DNA of 63,003 nucleotides, the filler included, from Octopus bimaculoides (lineage: Eukaryota): NCBI RefSeq assembly GCF_001194135.2. It is 5 parts of 5 records of this genome, joined end to end, with 100 filler letters (N's around TTAATTAATTAA, not from the genome) between each part and the next. Parts side by side here need not be neighbours in the genome. Positions count along the whole stretch, not along the records: positions 38,020 to 54,937 come from NC_068983.1; positions 55,038 to 59,047 come from NC_069001.1; positions 59,148 to 63,003 come from NC_069009.1; 2 more parts are not named here. One strand, written 5' to 3'. The position numbers were made by a program, and so were the translations under genes. Shown here in pieces: positions 52,714 to 63,003 of this stretch. The notes under the pieces are model-generated. The model had not been told where the DNA came from. It saw only the letters and a list, made by a program, of their open reading frames with translations, and ran no database searches. Every line of letters begins with the position of its first letter. Within the stretch, counting starts at the first letter, position 1.

Positions 52714-54059
52714 GTTATTCTTTACATTTGTTATCTTTCTGCTCCACTGCTCTGGCTCTGCTACCGCTGCTCTCCTACCTCTGTTCTTATACCGCTGCTC
52801 TGCTACTGCTGCTCTCTTACCGCTGTTCTGATGCTGCTGCTCTGTTACTATTGCTCTGCTGTGTATTCTCTTAGTTATTTGTTGCTGTATGTTGTTTGTT
52901 ATTGTTATTTAACCCCAAGTAAACTCAGATCAAATGTATCTATGACCAAAGGCATTCCAGCCATAAGCTTTTTTTTTATTGAGACATAATGTACCTTGGG
53001 TTACATCACCTACTGTGTCCTTCTGTTTTAAGACAACTGGGAGTTATTCGAAGGAGACCTAGCTGCTATTTCTAGTAGGACAAACGACCATATAGAGGCT
53101 CCTTCATTAGTTCATTGTTACTGAAGCTGAAGTTGTAGTTTTGCACAAGATCAGTGGTCAACAGCATTCCAACCACGACCACCCAAGCTTATTTTGATGT
53201 GTCCAGTTTATCTAGAACTACATTATCTTATGTACCATTCCCAATTTCTTTTTTTTTTTTTTGAAGATGACAGGGTATGATTTGAGGGATACTTGGCTGC
53301 TATTTCTAACAGCTCAAGTGACCAAGTTGCAGCCTCCCTGTTAGTCTCATTGATGTTTTTTTTTAATGCTTAAACTTTAGAAGGAAAGTGAAAGTGTATG
53401 GCTTAGTGGTTAGAGTGTTATACTCACAATTGCAAGGGTATGGTTTCAATTCTCAGACCAGGTGGTGCATTGTATTCTTGAGCAAAACACTTAATTTCAT
53501 ATTGTTTCAGTCTGCTCAGCTGTAAAATGAGTAACCTTGTGACATGCTGGTGTCCCGTTCAGGGGGAATATTGTGATCTTGGTCATTTATATGCCATGGA
53601 CATTGGGTAACCACCCTGATGTATCCTTGGGCTCATGACAAAATACCAGACTCTAGAAGGAAGAGCAATTCTTAGAACCTCTTGTATTTTGTATGTGTTA
53701 TTGCTGTCCAAGTGGTGTTAATGCGAAGACACAGAGAGAGACATGCACACACAGATGCACATACCTACACATGCATACACACACATCACACACATATACA
53801 CATATAAAACTAGAAAGAAGATGAAGATATCAATAAGTGCAGGAGTGGCTGTGTGGTAAGAAGTTTGTTTCCCAACCACATGGTTCTGGGTTCAGTCCCA
53901 CTGCGTGGCACCTTGGGCAAGAGTCTCCTAATATAGCCTCTGGATAACTAAAGCCCTGTGAGTGGATTGGGAAGGTGGAAACTGACAGAAGCCCATCATG
54001 TGTGTGTGTGTGTGTCTTTTGTTTATCAATCAATTGAAGGTATCTGCCTCAACTTCCTC

Positions 54060-54937
54060 CTCTGCCTTCTCATCATCATCATCATCATTATCCTCATCAT
54101 CATCATCATCACCAGCACGTCTACCACCACCATCATCATCATCATCATCAATGTCATCTTCATTATCACCACCACCACCACCACCACCACAGTCACCGCC
54201 ATCATCACAATTACTGTTACCAACATGACCACTACCTCTGCCACAACCACCACCACCGCCACTGCCACCGCCACTACCACTGCCACTACCACCATCACAG
54301 CCATTGTTATTACAACCACTATTACCATTGCAATTATTAATGCAACTACAGCCAACACCAGCACCACCACCAACATTGCTAGTGCCACCACAACTATCAT
54401 CATCACCACCACCACCACCACCACCATCACCACTACCATTACCACCACCGCCACTACAATTACCACCACCGCCACCATCATGGCCACACCCATCATTGCC
54501 ACCACTACTATTATGACCACAACCACCATGGTCACCATCGCTATCACCATCACCACCACTGACAATACAGGTTACTACGATTACCACTAATGCAACAATC
54601 ACTACGACCCCACCCCCATCATAATTACCACTAATTAATTCCTCTGTTACCATTTCTGTTCTAATGCCACCATGTTCACCCCACCCCCTTCATCACCATT
54701 ATTCCTGCTATCATCAATACTGTTCTTATATACTGTTGCTATCACCACCACAACCACCACCATCACCACCACCACTGCCATCACAACCACCACCACAGCC
54801 ATCACAACCACCACCACCACCGCCACCACAACCATCACAACCACCACCACCACCAGAACCACCACCATCACCATCACAACCACCACCACCACAGCCATCA
54901 CAACCACCACCATCACTACCACCATCACCACCACCAC
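54060..54937. repeat. Long degenerate (ACC/ATC)n trinucleotide tract
   Basis: Directly visible. Generates the Thr-, Pro-, Gly- and Val-rich pseudo-ORFs. Confidence 0.9.
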
Positions 54938-55037
54938 NNNNNNNNNNNNNNNNNNNNNNNNNNNNNNNNNNNNNNNNNNNNTTAATTAATTAANNNNNNN
55001 NNNNNNNNNNNNNNNNNNNNNNNNNNNNNNNNNNNNN

Positions 55038-55342
55038 ACAAAGACCTGGAAATAGAGGTAACTCGAATGTGGAATCTAAAAACAGAAACAATTCCTATTA
55101 TAGTAGGTGCCTTAGGTATAATAAAAAAATATTCAGACAAATACATAACAAAAACACCAGGACTTACAAATATATATAACATACAGAAAATTGCACTACT
55201 GGGCACAGTACACATCCTACGCAAGACACTTTCAATACAGTAACCATAAGAGCACCACAGCAAACCACAGCACATACCCAAGGCGCACAGAGCTGCGCTC
55301 GGTAGTGAAGTGAAAGCACGTTATAAAAATAAAACTACTGAA
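55038..55342 (+). mobile_element. 3' end of an R4/Dong-clade retroposon, open frame to the natural stop
   Basis: 55040-55243 encodes KDLEIEVTRMWNLKTETIPIIVGALGIIKK...IQKIALLGTVHILRKTLSIQ*, the REL C-terminus. Followed by about 100 nt of 3' UTR and (AAT)n. Confidence 0.85.
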
Positions 55343-55383
55343 CAATAATAATGATGATAATAATAATAATAATTATAATAACA

Positions 55384-58299
55384 ACGAGGATATGACTGAA
55401 GAACAGAGAAACCTCAGGATAAGACTCAAGGATATAATTACAAGAACAGAGACCAAACCAGTGATTTTAAGAAGTTTCAACAGTAACAATGTGAAATGCA
55501 CAACCCAAAATGTTGATGAGATTCTGAAATACATTCTGACAAAAGATCTAATGGAAACAAGGGACTTGATCAGATCCACTTCAATATTAGTAGGTGAACT
55601 GGCTGGAAAGAAAGAGAGGAAAATAGACAGACAGAAGGAACCATGGTGGAAACAGAGAATTGAAGGCGATATTCTAGCCTTATGTAAAGATCTGAGCTGC
55701 ATAGAAGAGTGGTGCAAAGGACAATGGGAAAAATGGAAGAAAAAAAGGTGCAAGGGTATATCTTGACATGAAATACCAAATAGAAAAGAAAAGGTTCAAA
55801 ACTGTCATCAAATGTGTGCAGGCAAAAACATTAAAGGTGCAGTGCTACACTGATTGCATATCACAGTTCCACCAAAACTGGTTATTTTCAAATAACCAGA
55901 GGCAGTTTTTTAAGGGCTTTGGAGGAAATACAGAAGATAATACACCTTCTGAAGCAGAAGAAACCCACCAATTTTGGAGTAACATCTGGGGGCAAGAAGT
56001 TTCCCCCCACCATGGTGCTGAGTGGATTCATTCCATGAGATCTGAACTCCATCAGCCGGAGGCTCCACGACAGGACCATGTGTGCATAACAACAGAAGAT
56101 GTCATTGCACAAGTATCAAAACTGCCAAACTGAGAAGTGGCAGGACCAGATGTAATTCAAGGTTACTGGCTCAAGGGGTTTAGGTCAACACACATGAGAA
56201 TTGCGTTGCAATTAGACAATTGCCTACAGAGCGGTGCAGTTCCAGGGTGGATGGTAGAGGGAAAAACAACATTGTTAATAAAAGATCAGTCAAAGGGCAA
56301 TGAGGATGGCAGTTACCGACCCATTGCTTGTCTTAACCTCCTATGGGAAGTATTAACAGGTATCCTCACAGAGAAAATATATACATTCCTTGTGGAAAAC
56401 AATCTACTTCCAGTAGAACAGAAGGGATGCCGAAAATGATCCAAGGGCACCAAGGACCACCTTGTAATAGACAAGGTTATAATGAAGAACTGTAAACGGT
56501 GCCAAAAATACTTATGCATGGCTTGGATAGACTTCAAAAAGGCTTATAACATGTTGCTACATTCGTGGATTTTGGAAGCACTCAACATGTGTGGAATAGC
56601 TGAGAATGTGTGTGCACTCATTAAGAACAGCATGCTTAGTTGGAAAACACGTCTTTCTTGAAACAATCAGTACTTAGCCGAGGTAACAATCAAAAGAGGT
56701 TATTGTACAAGGAGACTCTTGTTTATCTCTATTATTTGTTATAGCCTTGATTCCACTTTCTGTAGTCCTATGTAAAATCAACGTGCACTATGAGCTGAGA
56801 ATGAACGGACCTCATCTCAACCACCTTCTCTTCATGGATGATTTAAAACTGTTCGCAAAAACAGAACCTGAAATGGAGAGGCTGGTTGAGACTGTGCAAA
56901 TGTGCAGCAAGGATATAGGGATGGAATTCGGTATCTCGAAGTGTGCGGTGCTTATTTTGAAGTGGGAGAAAAGAGCAGACTGTAGGGGCATAGAATTGCC
57001 AAATGGAGAGAGAATGGAAGACCTGGATGATGATATGTACAAGTATCTTGGGATCCTGGAGCATGACAGTATCTTGCATAAAGAAATGAAAAACAAGGTC
57101 ATTGCTGCATATTTCAAGCATCTTAAACTTCCCTTTTAAATCAAAACTCAACTCAAGGAACCTTATAACTGCCAACAACATATGGGCAAAAGACATTTAT
57201 GGTGCCCTCCACCCTAAGGCGAATTTACACAGGCTCTACATGAAGAGGGGTAAAGGTGGATGTGGGCTGATTAGCATATGGGAGTACATCAACAGTGAAA
57301 GAAGAAACATTGCAGGACATTTGGTAAACAGCAAACAAGGTGTGCTACAGTATGCTGTAGGATTTAACAAAAATGGACTTGAGAGTGATCATGAATTCCA
57401 ATCAAGAAAAGCCAATGAGTGAGAAGAAACTCTACTCCACATGGAATTACATGGCCAGTTCCACCATGAAACCAACAAATTAAAAAACCAGGAAGCATTA
57501 TGGAGGTGGCTTAAAAAGGGTGACCTAAAAAAGAATACTGAAAGCCTAATCATCGCTGCCCAGGCCCAGGCATTGAATATCAACTCAGTAAAAAAGAATA
57601 TATACCACAAAAGTGCAACAGACCTCTGTGGAATGTGTGGAAAGAGGGTCGAAAATGTGACTCACATTGTAGCGCTTGTGAAAGTCTTGCGCGGAAAGAG
57701 TACAAGCATAGACATGACAAGGTAGCCCAAAACCCTTACTGGCTACTATGCCATAAGTATGGATATGAGGTTACAGTTGCTTGGTACCAACACACACTGG
57801 AAAAGATAATGGACGAAAAGAGGAAGGCAAAAATCCTTTGAGACTTTGATTTCCAGACAGTCAAGGTATTAGAGCACCGAAGGCCAGATATAGTAACATT
57901 TAGGAGAGACAAACAAGAGTGCCTAATAATTGATGTGGCAGTGCCAGGAGATCAATATATCAGCATGAAAGAAAGAGAAAAAATTGATAAATATGAACAC
58001 CTGAGAATTGAGATTGCTAAGATGTGGCAGCTACAAAAGTCAAACATAAAGGTTATCCCTATTGTCCTCAGAGCATTGGGTTCAATACCACCCAATCTGA
58101 AAAAAAACATCTGAAGACTTTAGAAATACCCTACAATCTAGGTGTATTGCAAACGTCAGCATTACTTGGAACTGCATGCATATTGCGTAAAGTACTGTCC
58201 ATCTCAGGTCCTTGTTGTGACTTGACAAACAGTACAAAGCCCCGGTAGACACAATATTTTCAATCAACAACCTAACGATATTGTATACTGTGTGATGTC

Positions 58300-58300
<1 letters not shown>
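55384..58300 (+). mobile_element. Degenerate R4/Dong-clade non-LTR retrotransposon (RT, CCHC, REL endonuclease), about 2.9 kb
   Basis: Fragments PWWKQRIE, YRPIACLNLLWEVLTGIL, EQKGCRK, AWIDFKKAY, LNHLLFMDDLKLF, YKYLGI, GGCGL, CGMCG..ENVTHI, RHDKVA and RRPDIV. Several stops and frameshifts. Flanked on both sides by (AAT)n. Confidence 0.9.
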
Positions 58301-58349
<49 letters not shown>

Positions 58350-58771
58350 TAATAATCTTTTCTATTATAGGCATGAGGCCTGAAATTGGGGACTATTACA
58401 CTGACCCTAGTTCTCAATTGGTATTTATTTTATGGACCCCCAAAAAAGATCGGCTTTGGTGGAATTTGAACTCAGAACATAAAGTCAGATAAAATACCAC
58501 AAAGCATTTTGCTTGGCATGCTACTGATTCTGCTAGCTTGTCACCTTCATCATCATCATTATCAATTAGTGTCTGCTTTCCATGCTGGCATGGGTCAGAT
58601 GGTTTGACTGGAACTGGTAAGCTGTAGGGCTACACCAGGTTCAACTTAGATCTGGCTGGATGTCCTTCCTAATGTCAACCACTCCAAGAGTGTAATGAGT
58701 GCTTTTTACATGCTACCAGCACAGGTGCCAGTTACACAACCTCAATAATAATAATAACAACAACAACAACA

Positions 58772-59047
58772 AGTAACTGTAGAATATGTGGAGATGGACA
58801 AGAAACAATAAATCATATTATCTCTGGCTGCCCAGTCCTGGCTAAGAAGGAATATATTCACAGACACGACAGAGCTGGGACCAATATACACTGGAAGCTA
58901 TGCCAACACTATGGAATAACAACAGAAAAAAGATGGTATAAACACACGCCAGAAAAGGTCACAGAAAACGAGAAAGCAACCATACTTTGGGATATGCCAA
59001 TACACACAGATAGAGAAATTAAGGCAAATAGACCAGATATAGTTATC
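58772..59047 (+). mobile_element. R4/Dong fragment with intact CCHC knuckle and start of REL, 5'-truncated in (AAT/AAC)n
   Basis: 92 open codons: SNCRICGDGQETINHIISGCPVLAKKEYIHRHDRAG...ILWDMPIHTDREIKANRPDIVI. Ends at a gap. Confidence 0.88.
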
Positions 59048-59147
59048 NNNNNNNNNNNNNNNNNNNNNNNNNNNNNNNNNNNNNNNNNNNNTTAATTAAT
59101 TAANNNNNNNNNNNNNNNNNNNNNNNNNNNNNNNNNNNNNNNNNNNN

Positions 59148-59188
<41 letters not shown>

Positions 59189-59463
59189 TACACATTCATA
59201 TATATATTCATACTTATATATACATATATATTCAGACATATACATACACATATTCATACGTACATATATATATAGTCATACATATATACATACATTCATA
59301 GATATGTGAGCGTATGTAATATTAAATAGCCCTGCGTATTTGTGTATTAAAACCCGTACGCATGCATGCATAAACACACTTACATATACACATACATAGA
59401 AATAGACACATCCGCATGCATGCATACGCATGCATATATAAACTTACACACACACACACACAA

Positions 59464-59519
<56 letters not shown>

Positions 59520-59529
59520 ATACATATAC

Positions 59530-60478
59530 AAACAGTGAGAGATCTGGGCATCAACATGTGTAGTGATGCATCATTTCACATGCACATTGTCAAGTTGACA
59601 GCAAAGTGCAGACAACTGGCGGGGTGGATACTGAGGACTTTCCGTACAAGGGATCAAAAAGTCATGTTGACTCTATGNNNNNNNNNNNNNNNNNNNNNNN
59701 NNNNNNNNNNNNNNNNNNNNNNNNNNNNNNNNNNNNNNNNNNNNNNNNNNNNNNNNNNNNNNNNNNNNNNNNNNNNNNNNNNNNNNNNNNNNNNNNNNNN
59801 NNNNNNNNNNNNNNNNNNNNNNNNNNNNNNNNNNNNNNNNNNNNNNNNNNNNNNNNNNNNNNNNNNNNNNNNNNNNNNNNNNNNNNNNNNNNNNNNNNNN
59901 NNNNNNNNNNNNNNNNNNNNNNNNNNNNNNNNNNNNNNNNNNNNNNNNNNNNNNNNNNNNNNNNNNNNNNNNNNNNNNNNNNNNNNNNNNNNNNNNNNNN
60001 NNNNNNNNNNNNNNNNNNNNNNNNNNNNNNNNNNNNNNNNNNNNNNNNNNNNNNNNNNNNNNNNNNNNNNNNNNNNNNNNNNNNNNNNNNNNNNNNNNNN
60101 NNNNNNNNNNNNNNNNNNNNNNNNNNNNNNNNNNNNNNNNNNNNNNNNNNNNNNTGCAGCAGCCTCGGTTTCAGAGGACCTCAGCTCTTCAATGCCCTGC
60201 CAAAACATTTGAGAGACATGCAAGACATGGATGCGGAGGTCTTCAAGACAAAACTTGACGCTTTCCTCTCCACGATACCAGACGAACCAATGGCTCGTAA
60301 TGAGACGCAGTTTAGGGCAGCTGTGTCAAATTCTCTTATACACCAGATGTGCCATCAAAACTCTTGATTGGACCATGTCAGGTGGGGGAGAAGAGCCATG
60401 CAAGGAACGTGAAAATCACGGTGGTGCACCAGCATGACCGCAGCCACTTGGCTGAAACACATAAATAAATAAATAAAT
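59530..60478 (+). mobile_element. 5'-truncated CR1/L2-like LINE 3' part, interrupted by an N gap
   Basis: VRDLGINMCSDASFHMHIVKLTAKCRQLAGWILRTFRTRD, then GPQLFNALPKHLRD...FKTKLDAFLSTIPDEP. Tail cacggtggtgcaccagcatgaccgcagccacttggctgaaacac(ataa)n. An identical tail piece lies at about 9640-9689(-). Confidence 0.85.
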
Positions 60479-60959
60479 ATACATCCGCATACATACGCAT
60501 ATGCATGCCCATATATGTAGTATTAAACAATTAAAATTAGACCGGAGTGTTCAGAAATTAATGGAAAGTCAAATAGGGTTGTTGGGGATTACCTAAGGGC
60601 TGTTCGGGATATGTTCTGTGTGGTTATTTAGATTGCATTTAGATTTGTTGTAACATTTGAAGGTATGGAAAAAACGGTGGTTGCATGTACCTAGGGCATC
60701 ATTATATTTATTTTGTAGTATTGAAATGTTGTGTTTTAATACGTGGAATGCCTCTTTTAGTCATAGCTTACAAGCTGAGCGTTGACCTTGGTATGGAAGC
60801 CCTGAGTCTATTATGGACCATGAGAAGATGTAAGGAATATTTCTATTTTTGAGATGATGTATGTGACTAGCGAGTGTTGCGGATTTACTGTGTTTCTCGT
60901 ATCTAAAAAATTTGTGATGCGCATGCGCATTGCATTGTTGTTTAAAATCTATATTTGAT

Positions 60960-62045
60960 CATATCTTATATATTAAAAGAGAAGTTGTCTGTGTGTTGTG
61001 TGAACCACTTCTACTCCTATAGTTTTCAACCGAATTTCACCTAATTTGACATGTGTACTCTCTTTGACTTAGGACGTGTTTTCCTTTAATCTTTTCCTCG
61101 AAATTCCGCGCCCCCAACATAAATAGACTACTCTCAATTCACCTATGATTTGAACCCACCTGTGCAACGGTACGAGTATAATTTTCGGCGCTTCTTTATA
61201 AGCACAGCTCTCCAAGAAAACGAAACGTAATTTCTAAAAAAAAACATACGAAAATGGGAAACATATTCAAAATAAATGAAGTATGCAAAAAATTACGAAG
61301 ATTCATCCATTTTTTAATATTTTATACTAAAAAATAAAATACGGGAAACGGACACTCGCGAATATAAATTTGTCAGACAATACAAAGGGCGTAACTTATA
61401 TATATATATAAAGTAAGGCGCAGAAGTGGCTGTGTGGTAAGTAGCTTGCTTACCAACCACATGGTTCCGGGTTCAGTCCCACTGCGTGGCACCTTGGGCA
61501 AGTGTCTTCTACTATAGCCTCGGGCCGACCAAAGCCTTGTGAGTGGATTTGGTAGACGGAAACTGAAAGAAGCCCGTCGTATATATGTATATATATATGT
61601 GTATGTGTGTTTGTGTGTCTGTGTTTGTTCCCCCACCATCGCTTGACAACCGATGCTGGTGTGTTTATGTCCCCGTAACTTAGCGGTTCGGCAAAAGACC
61701 CGATAGAATAAGTACTACGCTTACAAAGAATAAGTCCTGGGGTCGATTTGCTCGACTAAAAGCGGTGCTCCAGCATGGCTGCAGTCAAAATGACTGAAAC
61801 AAGTAAAAGAGTAAAAGAGTAAATGAGAACGTGTGTGTGTCTATCTGTCTCTGTGTGAATCACTAAAGGTCGAGAACTACTCAACCGATTTCATTCAAAT
61901 TTTACAAATGCCTTAGGATCCATGCAGTGACATGGGCCAAAGTATTTTCAACTTCTTGCCTAATGCGAGCCTAGAGAAATTTCTTATCTCTTACACTATT
62001 TCAGTATTACGTCTCTACTGTAATGTGAGATAATACTTTCAGTTT
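60960..62045 (+). mobile_element. Possible Helitron-like non-autonomous pieces flanking the SINE A copy
   Basis: tcttatatattaaaag...gtctgtgtg...ttttcaaccgaatttcac (about 60965-61045) and actactcaaccgatttcattcaaatttt (about 61875) resemble recalled non-autonomous Helitron motifs. Confidence 0.35.
61417..61820 (+). mobile_element. SINE family A, near-consensus full-length copy
   Basis: Complete head, internal microsatellite and tail. Confidence 0.9.
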
Positions 62046-62066
62046 GAAAGAAGTCTGTCCTATCTC

Positions 62067-62097
<31 letters not shown>

Positions 62098-62122
62098 CTC
62101 TCCCTCTCTTTCTCTCTCTCTC

Positions 62123-62154
<32 letters not shown>

Positions 62155-62574
62155 NNNNNNNNNNNNNNNNNNNNNNNNNNNNNNNNNNNNNNNNNNNNNN
62201 NNNNNNNNNNNNNNNNNNNNNNNNNNNNNNNNNNNNNNNNNNNNNNNNNNNNNNNNNACTTAAATAAATGGAGTAGCATGAAACGTGCGTACTGCAATCA
62301 TCTTTAAAATCCGTGTTGTTTTTATCTATCTATATATATATATATATATATTCCTTGTGCATTCCAAAACCGAGTTACCGATTTTGACGTATGGAGTATC
62401 AAAAGATTCAGTTCTGTTTCGGCTACAAGTTAAACTTAATTTCCATTCACATATTTGCATTTCAAAAATATAATATTATAATCTTTTCCATAAATCAGCT
62501 ATCGTAAACATTTATACTATGATGTCACATTTTCTATACGTGTGTACCTTAAAAAAACATCAATCACCACGACA

Positions 62575-62611
<37 letters not shown>

Positions 62612-63003
62612 TCTCTCCCTCACACAAACGCATACACACACGTCCATTTCATATACACGCGCTTACATCTTTCACTTACTTTCCCTCTGTCCTCTTCGCT
62701 CTCTCTCCTTTCAATTTCTGCTTTCTTCAAATAATATTTTTACGGAATGAGCAGGAAAAACACTAAAACGAGTCACCACGGCAGAATGGTGTCAGTGTAT
62801 TTGTTGACTGACATAACGTATGTCTGGAGGTGAAACACTTGACAAAAACAATGTTGTAGCAGGTCCAAGGTATATAAAAAATGCACATTTACCGTTCAAT
62901 TACCAGTTGATAATTATCACAACAGTTGCAAGGTATTTACAGTTACATATTTACCCTTAAATTAACATTTAATACATCTGCTTAATATATATATATATAT
63001 ATA

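Noticed and set aside
53958-54993. Thr-rich mucin-like, Gly-rich and Pro-rich ORFs
   Set aside because: All six frames are open because of the (ACC/ATC)n tract. No signal peptide or convincing splice context.

Overview
Eukaryotic, AT-rich draft-assembly window dominated by microsatellites and SINEs. The repeat families look like those of an octopod (coleoid cephalopod) genome, but that is an inference. Nearly all supplied ORFs are simple-repeat or N-gap artefacts. Two host genes are recognisable by eye on the + strand. The first is a 58-nt first coding exon (32002-32059, [19 protein letters not shown]+G|gtaagt) matching the N-terminus and phase-1 intron of vertebrate ZEB1/ZEB2. The second is three internal WD40 exons (43172-43296, 47320-47425, 52594-52713) most similar to TEP1. 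These two genes cannot both be complete in this order, so either the scaffold is mis-joined or hides sequence at an unsized gap, or the genes are nested or partial. The rest is a transposon landscape: at least four tRNA-headed SINE families, RTE-type 3' tails, CR1/L2-like LINE ends sharing a covarying 3' stem-loop with the main SINE, three R4/Dong (REL) retroposon pieces in trinucleotide microsatellites, R2-like and Tx1/L1-like fossils, and hAT and Tc1/mariner MITEs with visible TIRs and TSDs. It also contains two minimal hammerhead-ribozyme-like motifs in Penelope-like sequence and two long palindromes. Family assignments come from remembered motifs, not database searches. Repeat boundaries are approximate to about 10-20 bp unless TSDs are given.
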